A stretch of 64,000 bases of DNA from an uncultured Eubacteriales bacterium (lineage in GTDB: Bacteria; Bacillota; Clostridia; UBA1381; UMGS1253), in NCBI GenBank assembly GCA_902492065.1, contig CABUKE010000001.1, positions 348,652 to 412,651 of the forward strand. Reading direction: 5' to 3'. Positions 36,633-46,051 of the stretch are shown piece by piece; positions within the stretch are counted from its first letter, which is position 1; each line of letters begins with the position of its first letter. Both the position numbers and the translations under genes were made by a program. The notes beneath the pieces were generated by a model. It was given only the letters and a program-made list of their open reading frames with translations. It was not told where the DNA came from and searched no databases.

Positions 36633-38690
36633 TCAATCCTTTGGAAACCGCAGAATGCGTACGCCGAAGGGAATGAGTTCGATTTCGCTTCCTGCCGGGA
36701 GATTCGTTTCCATATCAACAGCGCGCGCGTCCTCAAAGGTTGCAAACTGGATTTCTTCCGTATAATTCTGAACAAAAACATATCTGTTTTCCGCATCCTC
36801 GCGCATCGTGCAGACAACGCCTGCCGGAAGGTCGGCGAGCGGCGTGCGCGCGGGAGCAGTGTCAACAATTACTTTTTCGCAGAGTGCCTGCGTCAACGCA
36901 CCTGTGTCGCGGCAGGCAACATAGTACGCCTTTCCGTTTTTATAGTCGTTTTCAAACACTGCGCCGCCGCCCTGATAGAAGTCGTGTTCATAGGTGGCGA
37001 GCGTTTTTGCGCCCTGCGTATGTACGATTTCGCAGTAGTCGCACACTTCGTAGCTTTGTCCGCCGTACGATACGGCATTGCGCTCGTCCGGGCAGAGTGT
37101 ATCGACCTCCTCGGCCCATACGCCGAACACTTCCTTGAGCGTGCCGCAGGGGAAGCCGCCCAAGTAGCAGAGGTCGTTTTCGTTGACCATACCGGATAGA
37201 TAGGTCATAATCGCCGTGCCGCCATTTGCCACAAATTGCGCAATGCGCGCCTCTACGCCCTCTTTTATCATGTAGAGCATAGGCATGACGAGTACCTTGT
37301 ATCCGGAAAAGTCATAGCTTGAGTCAATAACATCGACGCTGACGCCATTTTTCCAGAAGGGATAGTAATAATTTACGAGCGTATCAATATATTTTTTGTC
37401 GCTTTTCTGGAAGCCCTGTGCTTCCCCAAGCGCCATGCGGTTTTCGTAGTCGTAGATGAGCGCGACGTCGCTTTTTGCCACCGCGCCGCGCACGCACGCG
37501 AGCTTTTTGAGGCATTTGCCAACCTGCGCCACATCGCAAAAGACGCGCGTATGTTCATGCCCGACGTGGTCGACGACCGCGCCGTGAAACTTCTCCGACG
37601 CGCCGCGTCCCTTGCGCCATTGGAAATACATTACACTGTCGGAGCCGTGCGCAATCGCCTGCAAAGAGGCCGTTTTATGCATGTTCGGACGCTTGGGCTT
37701 GTTGATTTCCTTCCAGTTTACCGCGCTGGGCGTGCTCTCCATCAAAAGGAACGGTTTCTGTAAGTACGAGCGCATGGAGTCGTGCATCAGCGCCGTGCGG
37801 CACGCAGTCATATAGTTGCTCCGCTTTGTATCGTGCCATTCCGGGTAGCTGTCCCATGAGATGAAGTCAACCGCATCTTTGAACTTACTGTAGTCAAGCC
37901 CGTCGTAAAAGTCCATAAAATTCGTCGTAATTGGGATGTCGGGCGTAATGGCGCGCAGCGGCGCGGTTTCATTATTCATGAAGTCAATTGTCTGGTGCGT
38001 CACGAACCGTTTCCAGTCGAGCGTCAGCCCGTGCAGGTACGCCTCGCCTCGTCCGCCCGGCGGGGTCGGGGATTCGATCTGGTCCCACGAAGTGTAGATA
38101 TGGCTCCAAAACGGCGTCCACCATTGCCGGTTGAGCAGGTCAAGGTCGCCGTGATACTTTTCCCTGAGCCATGCGCGGAACGCCTGCTGGCACAGCTCGC
38201 AATGGCACTTGCCGCCATACTCGTTTGACACGTGCCACGCGAGAATAGCGGGGTGGTCTTTGTAGTGCTTGGCCAGTGCGGTGTTGACAGCGCGCACCTT
38301 TTCCCGGTAGATTGGGGATGTGTAGCAATGGTTGTGCCGGTGTGCAAAGAGGATTCTCTGCCGGTCCGGCATAACGCGCAGCACCTCGGGGTACTTTTGC
38401 GCCATCCATGCCGGACGCGCGCCGCTCGGCGTTGCGAGCAGGACGTGAATCCCGTTTTGATATAGATTGTCGATGACCGAGTCGAAAAAGCCGAATTCGT
38501 AGCGGCCCTCCTCCGGCTCGAGCACCGACCAGGCAAAAATACCGAGCGACACGGCATTTACGCCCGCAAGCTTCATCAGACGGATATCCTCGGCCAGAAT
38601 GTCCGGCCGGTCCATCCATTGGTCGGGGTTATAGTCGCCGCCGTGCAAAAGCTGGGGCATGTTTCTGACAAGCGGTTTATGTTTTTCCAT
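36633..38690 (-). CDS. GH42 beta-galactosidase
   Basis: YNPDQW, WSVLEPEEG, acid/base WHVSNEYGG and nucleophile LLMESTPS. 685 aa. Confidence 0.92.
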   Translation of the reverse strand: MEKHKPLVRNMPQLLHGGDYNPDQWMDRPDILAEDIRLMKLAGVNAVSLGIFAWSVLEPEEGRYEFGFFDSVIDNLYQNGIHVLLATPSGARPAWMAQKYPEVLRVMPDRQRILFAHRHNHCYTSPIYREKVRAVNTALAKHYKDHPAILAWHVSNEYGGKCHCELCQQAFRAWLREKYHGDLDLLNRQWWTPFWSHIYTSWDQIESPTPPGGRGEAYLHGLTLDWKRFVTHQTIDFMNNETAPLRAITPDIPITTNFMDFYDGLDYSKFKDAVDFISWDSYPEWHDTKRSNYMTACRTALMHDSMRSYLQKPFLLMESTPSAVNWKEINKPKRPNMHKTASLQAIAHGSDSVMYFQWRKGRGASEKFHGAVVDHVGHEHTRVFCDVAQVGKCLKKLACVRGAVAKSDVALIYDYENRMALGEAQGFQKSDKKYIDTLVNYYYPFWKNGVSVDVIDSSYDFSGYKVLVMPMLYMIKEGVEARIAQFVANGGTAIMTYLSGMVNENDLCYLGGFPCGTLKEVFGVWAEEVDTLCPDERNAVSYGGQSYEVCDYCEIVHTQGAKTLATYEHDFYQGGGAVFENDYKNGKAYYVACRDTGALTQALCEKVIVDTAPARTPLADLPAGVVCTMREDAENRYVFVQNYTEEIQFATFEDARAVDMETNLPAGSEIELIPFGVRILRFPKD

Positions 38691-38700
38691 AGCAGCCTCC

Positions 38701-40062
38701 TCATGTGTTTGAAGTATTTGTTTCTTCTATCCAGCCTCGTGCCGCATGAAGCAGCACGGTTTTTTCGTTTTCTGCTGCGCCGTCTATGACGAGGGTGAGC
38801 AAATAGTCTAATGCCGCGCCGATCTGCCGTCCTTCCAGTCCGAGCGTAATCATGTCTCGGCCGTTCACCGCCAAATCGCGCAGCGAAAAACACGCGCCTT
38901 CGTCGAGCACCTCCTGCGCCAATGTGCGTATCTGCCCAAGCGCGTGAAGCCGCGGTGCGACGTAGGGCGCGGCATGCGCCATGCTGTCGGCGGCCTGTAA
39001 ACGCAGCAGGTCAAAAAACAGTTCCGGCCCAAGCCGCCCGAGCCACCGCTTCACGCTCTTTTTCGTCGACGCCAACTCGGCGTCGTGGTACTCAATCAGC
39101 GTGAGGACAGCGTGCTTGGTCGCGTTGTCGCATTTTAAGCGGTTTAGCAGATTGCGTGCCAGCTCGACGCTCTGTTTGGCGTGACCGTAAAAATGCCCTA
39201 CGCCACCCTCATCCATGGTAAAGCATGCGGGCTTCCCGATATCGTGCAGAAACGCCGCCAGCCGGAGCGGCAGGCTGTGCGCCTCGATACTGGCAAGCGC
39301 GCGCAGGCTGTGGTGCCATACGTCGCTGTCGTGGTATTTGGTGTGCTGCGCAAAGCCGAACATCGCCGTAATCTCCGGCAAAAAGACGGCCAGTACATCA
39401 CGATATTCATCCAGCAGCGGCGCGGGATTGATTCCGCATAACAGCTTGAAAAATTCGGCCTGAATGCGCTCCGCCGCGATATGGGTTAGAAGCGTTTTGT
39501 TTTTGTGGATGCTTTTTGCTGTTTCCGGCTCGATTGTAAACCCGAGCACGGAAGCAAAGCGGAGCGCGCGCAAGATGCGCAGTGCATCCTCGCCGAAGCG
39601 TATATCCGGCACGCCCACGCACCGGATGAGCCGTGCGCGCAGATCCTGCTGCCCGCCGAAGCAGTCGACCAACCCCGTCGATGGGCGGTACGCCATCGCG
39701 TTAACCGTGAAGTCGCGCCGGGCGAGGTCGTCACGCAGGTTACCCGTGAAGGTGACGCAGTCCGGACGGCGGTTGTCATGGTAGTCGCCGTCAATGCGGA
39801 AGGTGGTAACCTCTACCGGAACCGAGTCGATCACAACGGTGACAGTCCCATGCTGAAGGCCCGTTTCCACGGTATGGTAAGCTAAAAACGCCGCAAGCAC
39901 CTGCTGCGGCGTCGCGTTGGTTGTAATGTCATAGTCGGAGGGCGTGTCCCCAAGCAGGCTGTCCCGCACACAGCCGCCGACCAGATAGGCATCGTACCCA
40001 TTCTGCTCCAGTACGGTGAGCGCCGTCTGTGCATGAGAAGGGATTGGAATCATGTTAACCAT
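38701..40062 (-). CDS. cca: CCA-adding tRNA nucleotidyltransferase with C-terminal HD domain
   Basis: GGCVRDSLLG, DYDITT, RRDFTVNAMAY and HDIGKP. Confidence 0.88.
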   Translation of the reverse strand: MVNMIPIPSHAQTALTVLEQNGYDAYLVGGCVRDSLLGDTPSDYDITTNATPQQVLAAFLAYHTVETGLQHGTVTVVIDSVPVEVTTFRIDGDYHDNRRPDCVTFTGNLRDDLARRDFTVNAMAYRPSTGLVDCFGGQQDLRARLIRCVGVPDIRFGEDALRILRALRFASVLGFTIEPETAKSIHKNKTLLTHIAAERIQAEFFKLLCGINPAPLLDEYRDVLAVFLPEITAMFGFAQHTKYHDSDVWHHSLRALASIEAHSLPLRLAAFLHDIGKPACFTMDEGGVGHFYGHAKQSVELARNLLNRLKCDNATKHAVLTLIEYHDAELASTKKSVKRWLGRLGPELFFDLLRLQAADSMAHAAPYVAPRLHALGQIRTLAQEVLDEGACFSLRDLAVNGRDMITLGLEGRQIGAALDYLLTLVIDGAAENEKTVLLHAARGWIEETNTSNT

Positions 40063-40071
40063 CCTCCTTCG

Positions 40072-41613
40072 TCAACCCGCCAGCTGCGCAAGCAGGGCGC
40101 TCGCCTCGTCGTAGCTGAGCGAAGTACGGGTATTTGACACGACAACAAGGCCGCGCGCATCGTAGAATACGTTTACGCCAATCATGTCACACAGCGCGCG
40201 GACGGGAAGGAACAGCCTGTCGTACAAGTTCACCGGCGGCTGGTCCATCGTCTTGACCGTCTGGCTGTAGAAACGTACGTCCGGGCTGTAGGTGAGCACC
40301 TCCGCCGTCGGCGTGTCCGCTTTGAGCAGGATGGATACATAGTCGCTCTGGACGAGCGCGCTATCGGTCAGATAGTCCCACGTTACCGTATAGCCAGGTA
40401 CGTGTTCTGCAATGAAGCGCATGGGCAGAAGCGTCCGATCATTTTGGATAAACGCGCAGATGCGGTCGTCCGCGGGGTCGATCTGCGTCCGTACGCCGTC
40501 AACGAGCGCAGCGGACTGGTTCGTGAGCAGCGCAATTTCAAAGCTTTTTGCCTCTGGTTCTGCCATCTCATACCCATAGCCGGTCACGGGTGCTTCCGGC
40601 CCGGATGGTGTATAAAATGTGTCGCGCATAACGTAGAGCAAGCCGTCCTGCTGGCCTTTGACCAGCATGGCCCCCTCAGAAAAGCCGCCGTAATGGACGG
40701 GGAGGTAGCGGCGGGAGCTCCAGATGCCAACGCCTTCATTGTTTGTGATGGAGAGCAGGTCGTCGCCCACATTGACGCACACGCCGCCGGAGAAGCGCGA
40801 CGGCATCCGCCCGGCGGGAACGTCCATGATGGCGCGGCCTTCCTTGTCAATCAGGTAAATCCGCTCCTCCTGCGGCTTTTTTGCCCAGCAGACGCCCTCA
40901 GAAAAACGGTCTGCATCCGTATAGATGCCCGGCTTGATGATAAACTTGCCCGTCTGGTCAACAAGTCCCATCTCAATGTGGTTAAAGTCATCCCCCATAT
41001 CCTTACTTGCCCAGCAAACGCCGTCAGACCATTCGCCTGTCCATACGAAATCAAACCCGGTGAGCAGGTTGCCCTGTGTGTCCATAATGGCGCGGCGGCC
41101 GCTTTCGTTTTCGACCCAGCATACCCCGCTGTGAAACGAGCTGACGGGGGTATAGGACGGGTCTTTGATGATATCGACAAATTCTCCTGTTTTGTCAATG
41201 AAGCCTGTTTTGTCACCCTTTGTGACAAGCGCAAGCCCGCAGGAAAACTTTTCTGCCATGTCAAAGCCTGGCTCAATAGCGAAGGTGCCGCTTTTGTCAA
41301 TGTAGCCCAGTTTACCGTATGGGACGCTCGCCGGAGCCAACCCGTCGACAAATGAGCCGGCATAAGAAAAGGAAAAGCTAATCGCAGTATTGCCCTCCTC
41401 GTCCAGATAGCCGCACAAATGGCCGTCACCACAAACCATAAACAGCCCGTCCGACAGAGCCGCCGCGTCATATACCTCGCCCGTGTAGGGCGCAGGCGTT
41501 ACGGTAAAGCGCGCCGCGGACGGGATATCCTGTGCCGCTGCGCCGGCAAGCGGCGTCATGCAGGCTGAAACAATTAATATCATAGAAAGAAAACAACGCA
41601 AAAAGGGTCTCAA
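40072..41613 (-). CDS. Secreted WG-repeat (KWG-type) protein with C-terminal copper-amine-oxidase-N-like domain
   Basis: Signal peptide, repeated G(Y/F)(I/L)D..G...I...F motifs, and C-terminal LLPMRFIAEH...FLPVRALCDMIGV. Confidence 0.7.
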   Translation of the reverse strand: MRPFLRCFLSMILIVSACMTPLAGAAAQDIPSAARFTVTPAPYTGEVYDAAALSDGLFMVCGDGHLCGYLDEEGNTAISFSFSYAGSFVDGLAPASVPYGKLGYIDKSGTFAIEPGFDMAEKFSCGLALVTKGDKTGFIDKTGEFVDIIKDPSYTPVSSFHSGVCWVENESGRRAIMDTQGNLLTGFDFVWTGEWSDGVCWASKDMGDDFNHIEMGLVDQTGKFIIKPGIYTDADRFSEGVCWAKKPQEERIYLIDKEGRAIMDVPAGRMPSRFSGGVCVNVGDDLLSITNNEGVGIWSSRRYLPVHYGGFSEGAMLVKGQQDGLLYVMRDTFYTPSGPEAPVTGYGYEMAEPEAKSFEIALLTNQSAALVDGVRTQIDPADDRICAFIQNDRTLLPMRFIAEHVPGYTVTWDYLTDSALVQSDYVSILLKADTPTAEVLTYSPDVRFYSQTVKTMDQPPVNLYDRLFLPVRALCDMIGVNVFYDARGLVVVSNTRTSLSYDEASALLAQLAG

Positions 41614-41624
41614 AATTTTTTCTC

Positions 41625-42794
41625 CTAACCAATGTAATTTTTATCAATGTTGATGACGGTGCAGTAGAAGCTGTCACGTGCAGCAACCTTGTCCTGAATC
41701 ATCCGCTTGAGGTCGTCGTCGTTGATTTTGAAATCGAACGGCACGACCAAATCAAAAATCAGGTTCGTGTGCGTCGGACCGGTCACCATGCGGAAGTCGT
41801 GCAGGCTCAGTTCACTGCTGATGGAATGGATCACGTCCTCGACAAACAGCTTTGTCTGGTTAATCAATGAATTATTGGTTTCAATCGGATCCATGTGGAT
41901 GACTGCGTCGCATTTGAATCGGCTTTGCAGTTCCTTTTCAATCAGGTCAATCGTGTCGTGCATCTGTATCACATTTTCGTCCGCGCTGACCTCCGCGTGC
42001 AAAGAAAGCATAAACCGCGTCGGGCCGTAGTTGTGGATAATCAGGTCGTGCATCCCGATAATGCCCTCGTGCGACAGCACAAGCTGTTCAATTTCCTTTA
42101 CCAGCTCCGGGTCGGGCGCCTGCCCCAAAAGCGGCGTAAGCGAATCGCGGATGGTCGTGTAGCCGGTCCAGAGGATGAACGCCGACACGATTAAGCCAAT
42201 ATAGCCGTCGATGGTGTAACCCGTAAAATAGGAAATAAGAACGCCGACCAGTACGGCTGCCGTCGCAATCGAATCGCTCAGACTGTCTTTAGCTGTGGCC
42301 GCCATGGACTGGGAGGCAATCTTTTTGCCGATTTTCCGGTTAAAAAAGTACATCCAGGTCTTGAGCAGAATCGACACAATCAGGATAAAAACGCTCGCTG
42401 CCGTCACGACGATGGGTTCCGCATTCATAATTTTATCGAAAGAGGAACGCACAAGCTCGATTCCCATGTATAAAATCGCAATCGACACAAACAGCGCGCT
42501 GATATACTCAATTCGCCCGTGCCCAAACGGGTGCTGGCGGTCGGCGGGCTTACCCGACATTTTGAACCCAATCAGCGTAATGACTGAGGAGAGTGCGTCG
42601 GACAGGTTGTTGAGTGCGTCGGCAACAATGGCGACCGAAGCGCTGAGCAGACCGGCGCAGAGTTTGATACAAAACAAAAGGATATTGAGCGCAATCCCGA
42701 CCGCGCCGCCAAGCATGCCGTAACGCTGCCGCACGGCCTCGTTGCCGGTGTCGTCCGGATGTTTGATAAATAATTTAATCAGAAGATTTCCCAT
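41625..42794 (-). CDS. Cation diffusion facilitator family transporter
   Basis: ATG at 42794 (MGNLLIKLF). ALNNLSDALSS, HPFGHGRIEY and a C-terminal cytoplasmic domain are present. The listed 574-aa ORF is an unsupported upstream extension. Confidence 0.88.
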   Translation of the reverse strand: MGNLLIKLFIKHPDDTGNEAVRQRYGMLGGAVGIALNILLFCIKLCAGLLSASVAIVADALNNLSDALSSVITLIGFKMSGKPADRQHPFGHGRIEYISALFVSIAILYMGIELVRSSFDKIMNAEPIVVTAASVFILIVSILLKTWMYFFNRKIGKKIASQSMAATAKDSLSDSIATAAVLVGVLISYFTGYTIDGYIGLIVSAFILWTGYTTIRDSLTPLLGQAPDPELVKEIEQLVLSHEGIIGMHDLIIHNYGPTRFMLSLHAEVSADENVIQMHDTIDLIEKELQSRFKCDAVIHMDPIETNNSLINQTKLFVEDVIHSISSELSLHDFRMVTGPTHTNLIFDLVVPFDFKINDDDLKRMIQDKVAARDSFYCTVINIDKNYIG

Positions 42795-43101
42795 ACAAAT
42801 ACCGTCCTTTTTACATTTCCCATACTGAAAATTATGCCATACAACCCCTCTTTTGTCAAGGCGCACAATCGGCGCCAGATTTTGCAAAAACTGCGCTGTA
42901 CCGCATGGAAAGAGGGTGGAAACCCGTCCGCAAATTGCGCTTGCTGTCGGTGTGCGCGGTTTTGTTCCTCTTTTTGTCATTCTAAATTTTTTCCGCTCTG
43001 CCGCGAAACTACATTTTTTTCCCGCCTGTCCTGCTATACTGAAACACGACAGCAAAAACAAATGAAAAAACGCCTGCGTGCGCCGAACGGAGATAGCATG
43101 G

Positions 43102-44001
43102 ATGAAACCGACTGTATATCTGGATATTCTGTTTCTGACGAATTTTATAACCGACTTTTTTTTGCTCTGCCTGACGAAAAAAATCTGTAAAAACAAGGCG
43201 CGTACGTGGCGCTTGCTTATCGGCGCGGCAGTAGGAAGCCTGTACAGCGTTTTTATGTTTTTTCCGAATATTTCGCTCTTATACAGCGCGGTTTGCAAGC
43301 TGCTTGCAAGCGGAGCAATTGTTCTGATTGCGTTCCGAGTGCGGCGCATGCGAGAGTTTTTTTCCCTGCTGGGGATGTTTTATTTGTCGAGCTTTGCGCT
43401 GGCAGGGACGGCCGTTGCTTTGTTTTACTTTACTTCGCTTGGGCCGAAGGTGGGGGCCGCCGTGTCGAACGGGGTGTTCTATATCGGCGTAAACCCGCTG
43501 ATATTGCTTAGCGCGGCGGCGCTGTGCTACGCGTTTTTACACGTTGCGGAGCGGCTCTACACAAAGCGGCTGGCGCATGGCGCAAACATGCACCGTCTTA
43601 CGGTTGCATATGGGACGAAAAGCGTCCAGATGCACGCTCTGTTGGATACGGCAAATTCTGTCTCCGACCCGGTGACGAACCTGCCGGTCATCGTCTGCAC
43701 GATTGAGGCGGTCAAGCCGCTTTTTCAAGACGAGGATTTTTATACGCGCCTGTGCGACGTAGAAAAGACGGACTCGGACAAAATCAAGGTCGAACTTGTG
43801 TGTGATACGCCGTTCCGGCTTGTGCCATACCGCGCGCTTGGCACGTGCGGGGACGTGATGCTTGCGTTTTTACCCAGCCGGCTCGACGTGGACGGCAGGC
43901 CGTATGAGCGCGGTGCGCTGATTGGACTTTGTGCAAAGCCGCTGTCCCAAAGCCCGCGCTACGACGCGCTGATTCATCCGCGTGTGATGGTAAACCTGTA
44001 A
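43102..44001 (+). CDS. spoIIGA: Sigma-E processing peptidase SpoIIGA
   Basis: MKPTVYLDILFLTNF, five N-terminal TM segments and a LLDTANS aspartyl-protease-like motif. Located immediately upstream of sigE. Confidence 0.9.
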   Translation: MKPTVYLDILFLTNFITDFFLLCLTKKICKNKARTWRLLIGAAVGSLYSVFMFFPNISLLYSAVCKLLASGAIVLIAFRVRRMREFFSLLGMFYLSSFALAGTAVALFYFTSLGPKVGAAVSNGVFYIGVNPLILLSAAALCYAFLHVAERLYTKRLAHGANMHRLTVAYGTKSVQMHALLDTANSVSDPVTNLPVIVCTIEAVKPLFQDEDFYTRLCDVEKTDSDKIKVELVCDTPFRLVPYRALGTCGDVMLAFLPSRLDVDGRPYERGALIGLCAKPLSQSPRYDALIHPRVMVNL

Positions 44002-44037
44002 AACAGGACACAACAACAGGACAGGGAGGAGAGAATC

Positions 44038-44766
44038 ATGAAGCTTGCGCAGAAACTTCACATGGCGGCCCGGCTTAAATGTGCGGAAATTCTAGTGCGC
44101 ATCAAAAGCCTCATTGACGACGAGGTATACTATATCGGCGGGAGCGAAACGCTTCCTGCGCCGTTGACACCACAGGAGGAGGCGGAGCTGCTTGCGCGGC
44201 TCGGCACGGATGAGAGCGTGAAGACGGCGTTGATTGAGCATAATTTGCGTCTTGTCGTCTACATTGCGCGCAAGTTTGAAAATACAAATGTCGGAATCGA
44301 GGATTTGATTTCGATTGGGAGCATCGGGCTGATTAAGGCGATCAACACCTTCAAGCCGGACAAGAACATCAAGCTTGCTACGTATGCGTCGCGCTGTATC
44401 GAGAACGAAATCCTGATGTATCTGCGCAAGAACCAGAACATCAAGACGGAAATCTCCATCGACGAACCGCTCAATGTGGACTGGGACGGCAACGAGCTGC
44501 TGCTCTCGGACATTTTGTCCGCAGAGGGGGACGTAATCAACCAGGGATTGGAAGACGAGGTGGACCGCGCGCTTTTAGACCTTGCCATCAGCAAGCTGTC
44601 CGAGCGGGAACAGCGCATTATGGAGCTGCGCTTCGGACTGCGCGGACATGAGGAGCGGACGCAGAAGGAAGTCGCGGATATGCTGGGCATCTCGCAGTCG
44701 TACATCTCCCGGCTTGAAAAGCGTATCATCGTCCGGCTCAAAAAAGAAATCATGAAAATGACATAA
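44038..44766 (+). CDS. sigE: Sporulation sigma factor SigE (pro-sigma-E)
   Basis: Pro-sequence followed by [15 protein letters not shown] and [13 protein letters not shown]. Region 4 is [13 protein letters not shown]. Confidence 0.95.
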   Translation: MKLAQKLHMAARLKCAEILVRIKSLIDDEVYYIGGSETLPAPLTPQEEAELLARLGTDESVKTALIEHNLRLVVYIARKFENTNVGIEDLISIGSIGLIKAINTFKPDKNIKLATYASRCIENEILMYLRKNQNIKTEISIDEPLNVDWDGNELLLSDILSAEGDVINQGLEDEVDRALLDLAISKLSEREQRIMELRFGLRGHEERTQKEVADMLGISQSYISRLEKRIIVRLKKEIMKMT

Positions 44767-44849
44767 TGTCGGTATAAAAATTTTGCCGGACAGTTATACT
44801 AAAACTGTGTTTATATCGCTGTACATAACTTTCCTGGGAGGCAGCGAAT

Positions 44850-45620
44850 ATGATCAACAAAGTCGAAATCTGCGGTGTAAACACAGCCAAATTGCCCAAC
44901 CTGTCCAACGACAAAAAGATGGAGCTGTTAAAGAAAATTAAGGAAGGCGACACGGGTGCAAGAGAGGAGTTCATACAGGGGAACCTCCGCCTTGTGCTGA
45001 GCGTGATTCAGCGGTTCAACTCCCGCGGGGAGGCGGCCGACGATTTGTTCCAGGTGGGCTGTATCGGTTTAATCAAGTCGATCGACAACTTTGATTTGTC
45101 TGTGGGTGTACGGTTTTCGACCTATGCTGTCCCCATGATTATTGGAGAAATCCGCCGGTATCTGCGCGACAATAACTCCATTCGGGTGAGCCGCTCGCTG
45201 CGCGATACGGCGTATAAGGCGCTTCAGGTCAAGGAACGCCTTACGGCGCAGAACCAGAAGGAGCCGACCGTGAGCGAAATTGCAAAGGAGCTCGGCATGG
45301 AGAAGGAGGATGTCGTGTTCGCGCTCGACGCCATTGCCGACCCGGTGTCGCTCTACGAGCCGGTCTACCACGACGGCGGCGACGCGATTTTTGTCATGGA
45401 TCAGGTCAAGGATGAAAAGAGCTGCGACGACCAGTGGCTCGAGCAGATTGGCCTAAACGAGGCGATGAAACGCCTGAGCAGCCGGGAAAAGCATATCCTG
45501 AACCTGCGGTTTTTCCAGGGCAGGACCCAGATGGAGGTCGCGGACGAAATCGGCATCAGCCAGGCGCAGGTTTCGCGCCTGGAAAAGAGCGCAATTGCGC
45601 ATATGCGCAAGTATATGTAG
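44850..45620 (+). CDS. sigG: Sporulation sigma factor SigG
   Basis: NKVEICGVNTAKLPNLSNDKKMELL, GNLRLVLSVIQRF and GISQAQVSRLEKSA. Canonical position after sigE. Confidence 0.93.
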   Translation: MINKVEICGVNTAKLPNLSNDKKMELLKKIKEGDTGAREEFIQGNLRLVLSVIQRFNSRGEAADDLFQVGCIGLIKSIDNFDLSVGVRFSTYAVPMIIGEIRRYLRDNNSIRVSRSLRDTAYKALQVKERLTAQNQKEPTVSEIAKELGMEKEDVVFALDAIADPVSLYEPVYHDGGDAIFVMDQVKDEKSCDDQWLEQIGLNEAMKRLSSREKHILNLRFFQGRTQMEVADEIGISQAQVSRLEKSAIAHMRKYM

Positions 45621-45776
45621 CATAGAATAGATAGCATAAAAAGAGCAAGTATCGTAGACACGGAGGACTGGCCGCTGTGCGCGCCGGTTCTCTTTTTTTG
45701 CGGTAGCGAACCAAACGGGGGGCCGCCGCATACAATGAAACAGATTGGTATGATTATATGGAAAGGGGCAAGAGCA

Positions 45777-45905
45777 ATGGAAGAAACAAAAAATTGTCTG
45801 TCTAATGCGCGCGAGGAAAACGTACAGCATACGGAACCACAAATCCGGGACATAGACGATTTAATCTTTGCGGGCGAGCCAGTCAAGCTGCATTCGGAAA
45901 AATAA
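45777..45905 (+). CDS. Unlisted small ORF (42 aa; in-frame alternative start at 45735 gives 56 aa), hypothetical
   Basis: SD aaagggg lies 8 nt before the ATG, and a strong terminator follows. Translation: MEETKNCLSNAREENVQHTEPQIRDIDDLIFAGEPVKLHSEK. It falls below the 60-aa cutoff of the ORF track. Confidence 0.35.
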   Translation: MEETKNCLSNAREENVQHTEPQIRDIDDLIFAGEPVKLHSEK

Positions 45906-45918
45906 GCTTCCGAGGCGG

Positions 45919-45941
45919 AACGGCGGCCCGCCGTTTTTTTT
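45919..45941 (+). terminator. Rho-independent terminator
   Basis: aacggcg gcc cgccgtt followed by T8. Confidence 0.8.
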
Positions 45942-46051
45942 ATTTATGGAAAAATAGCCGGGAACGTGAAATAATATTTCTCTGTACTTCCAGGCAAAAC
46001 TGTGCTAAAATAAAAACAGAAAAATTGTCGGGTTGTTTGGAGAGGACGCAG

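Noticed and set aside
42795-43101. Spo0A boxes (TGTCGAA/TTCGACA) and a spoIIG-type promoter upstream of spoIIGA.
   Set aside because: There are only degenerate matches (TGTCAAG, TGTCGGT, TGTCATT, CACGACA). A TATACT -10 candidate at 43035-43040 has no recognisable -35 at 17 or 22 nt. This is suggestive of activator dependence but too weak to call.
42795-43349. A 185-aa N-terminal extension of the CDF transporter ORF (listed as 41625-43349) that runs through the intergenic region and overlaps the spoIIGA start.
   Set aside because: The CDF family begins at MGNLLIKLF (ATG 42794). The extension is basic and low in complexity, has no homology signal, crosses a divergent promoter region and overlaps spoIIGA antisense.
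44767-44849. A sigma-F/sigma-G-type forespore promoter upstream of sigG.
   Set aside because: GTATA-like and CATACTA-like fragments are present (ggtataa...ttatacta), but spacing and sequence do not match the consensus well enough to annotate without comparative data.
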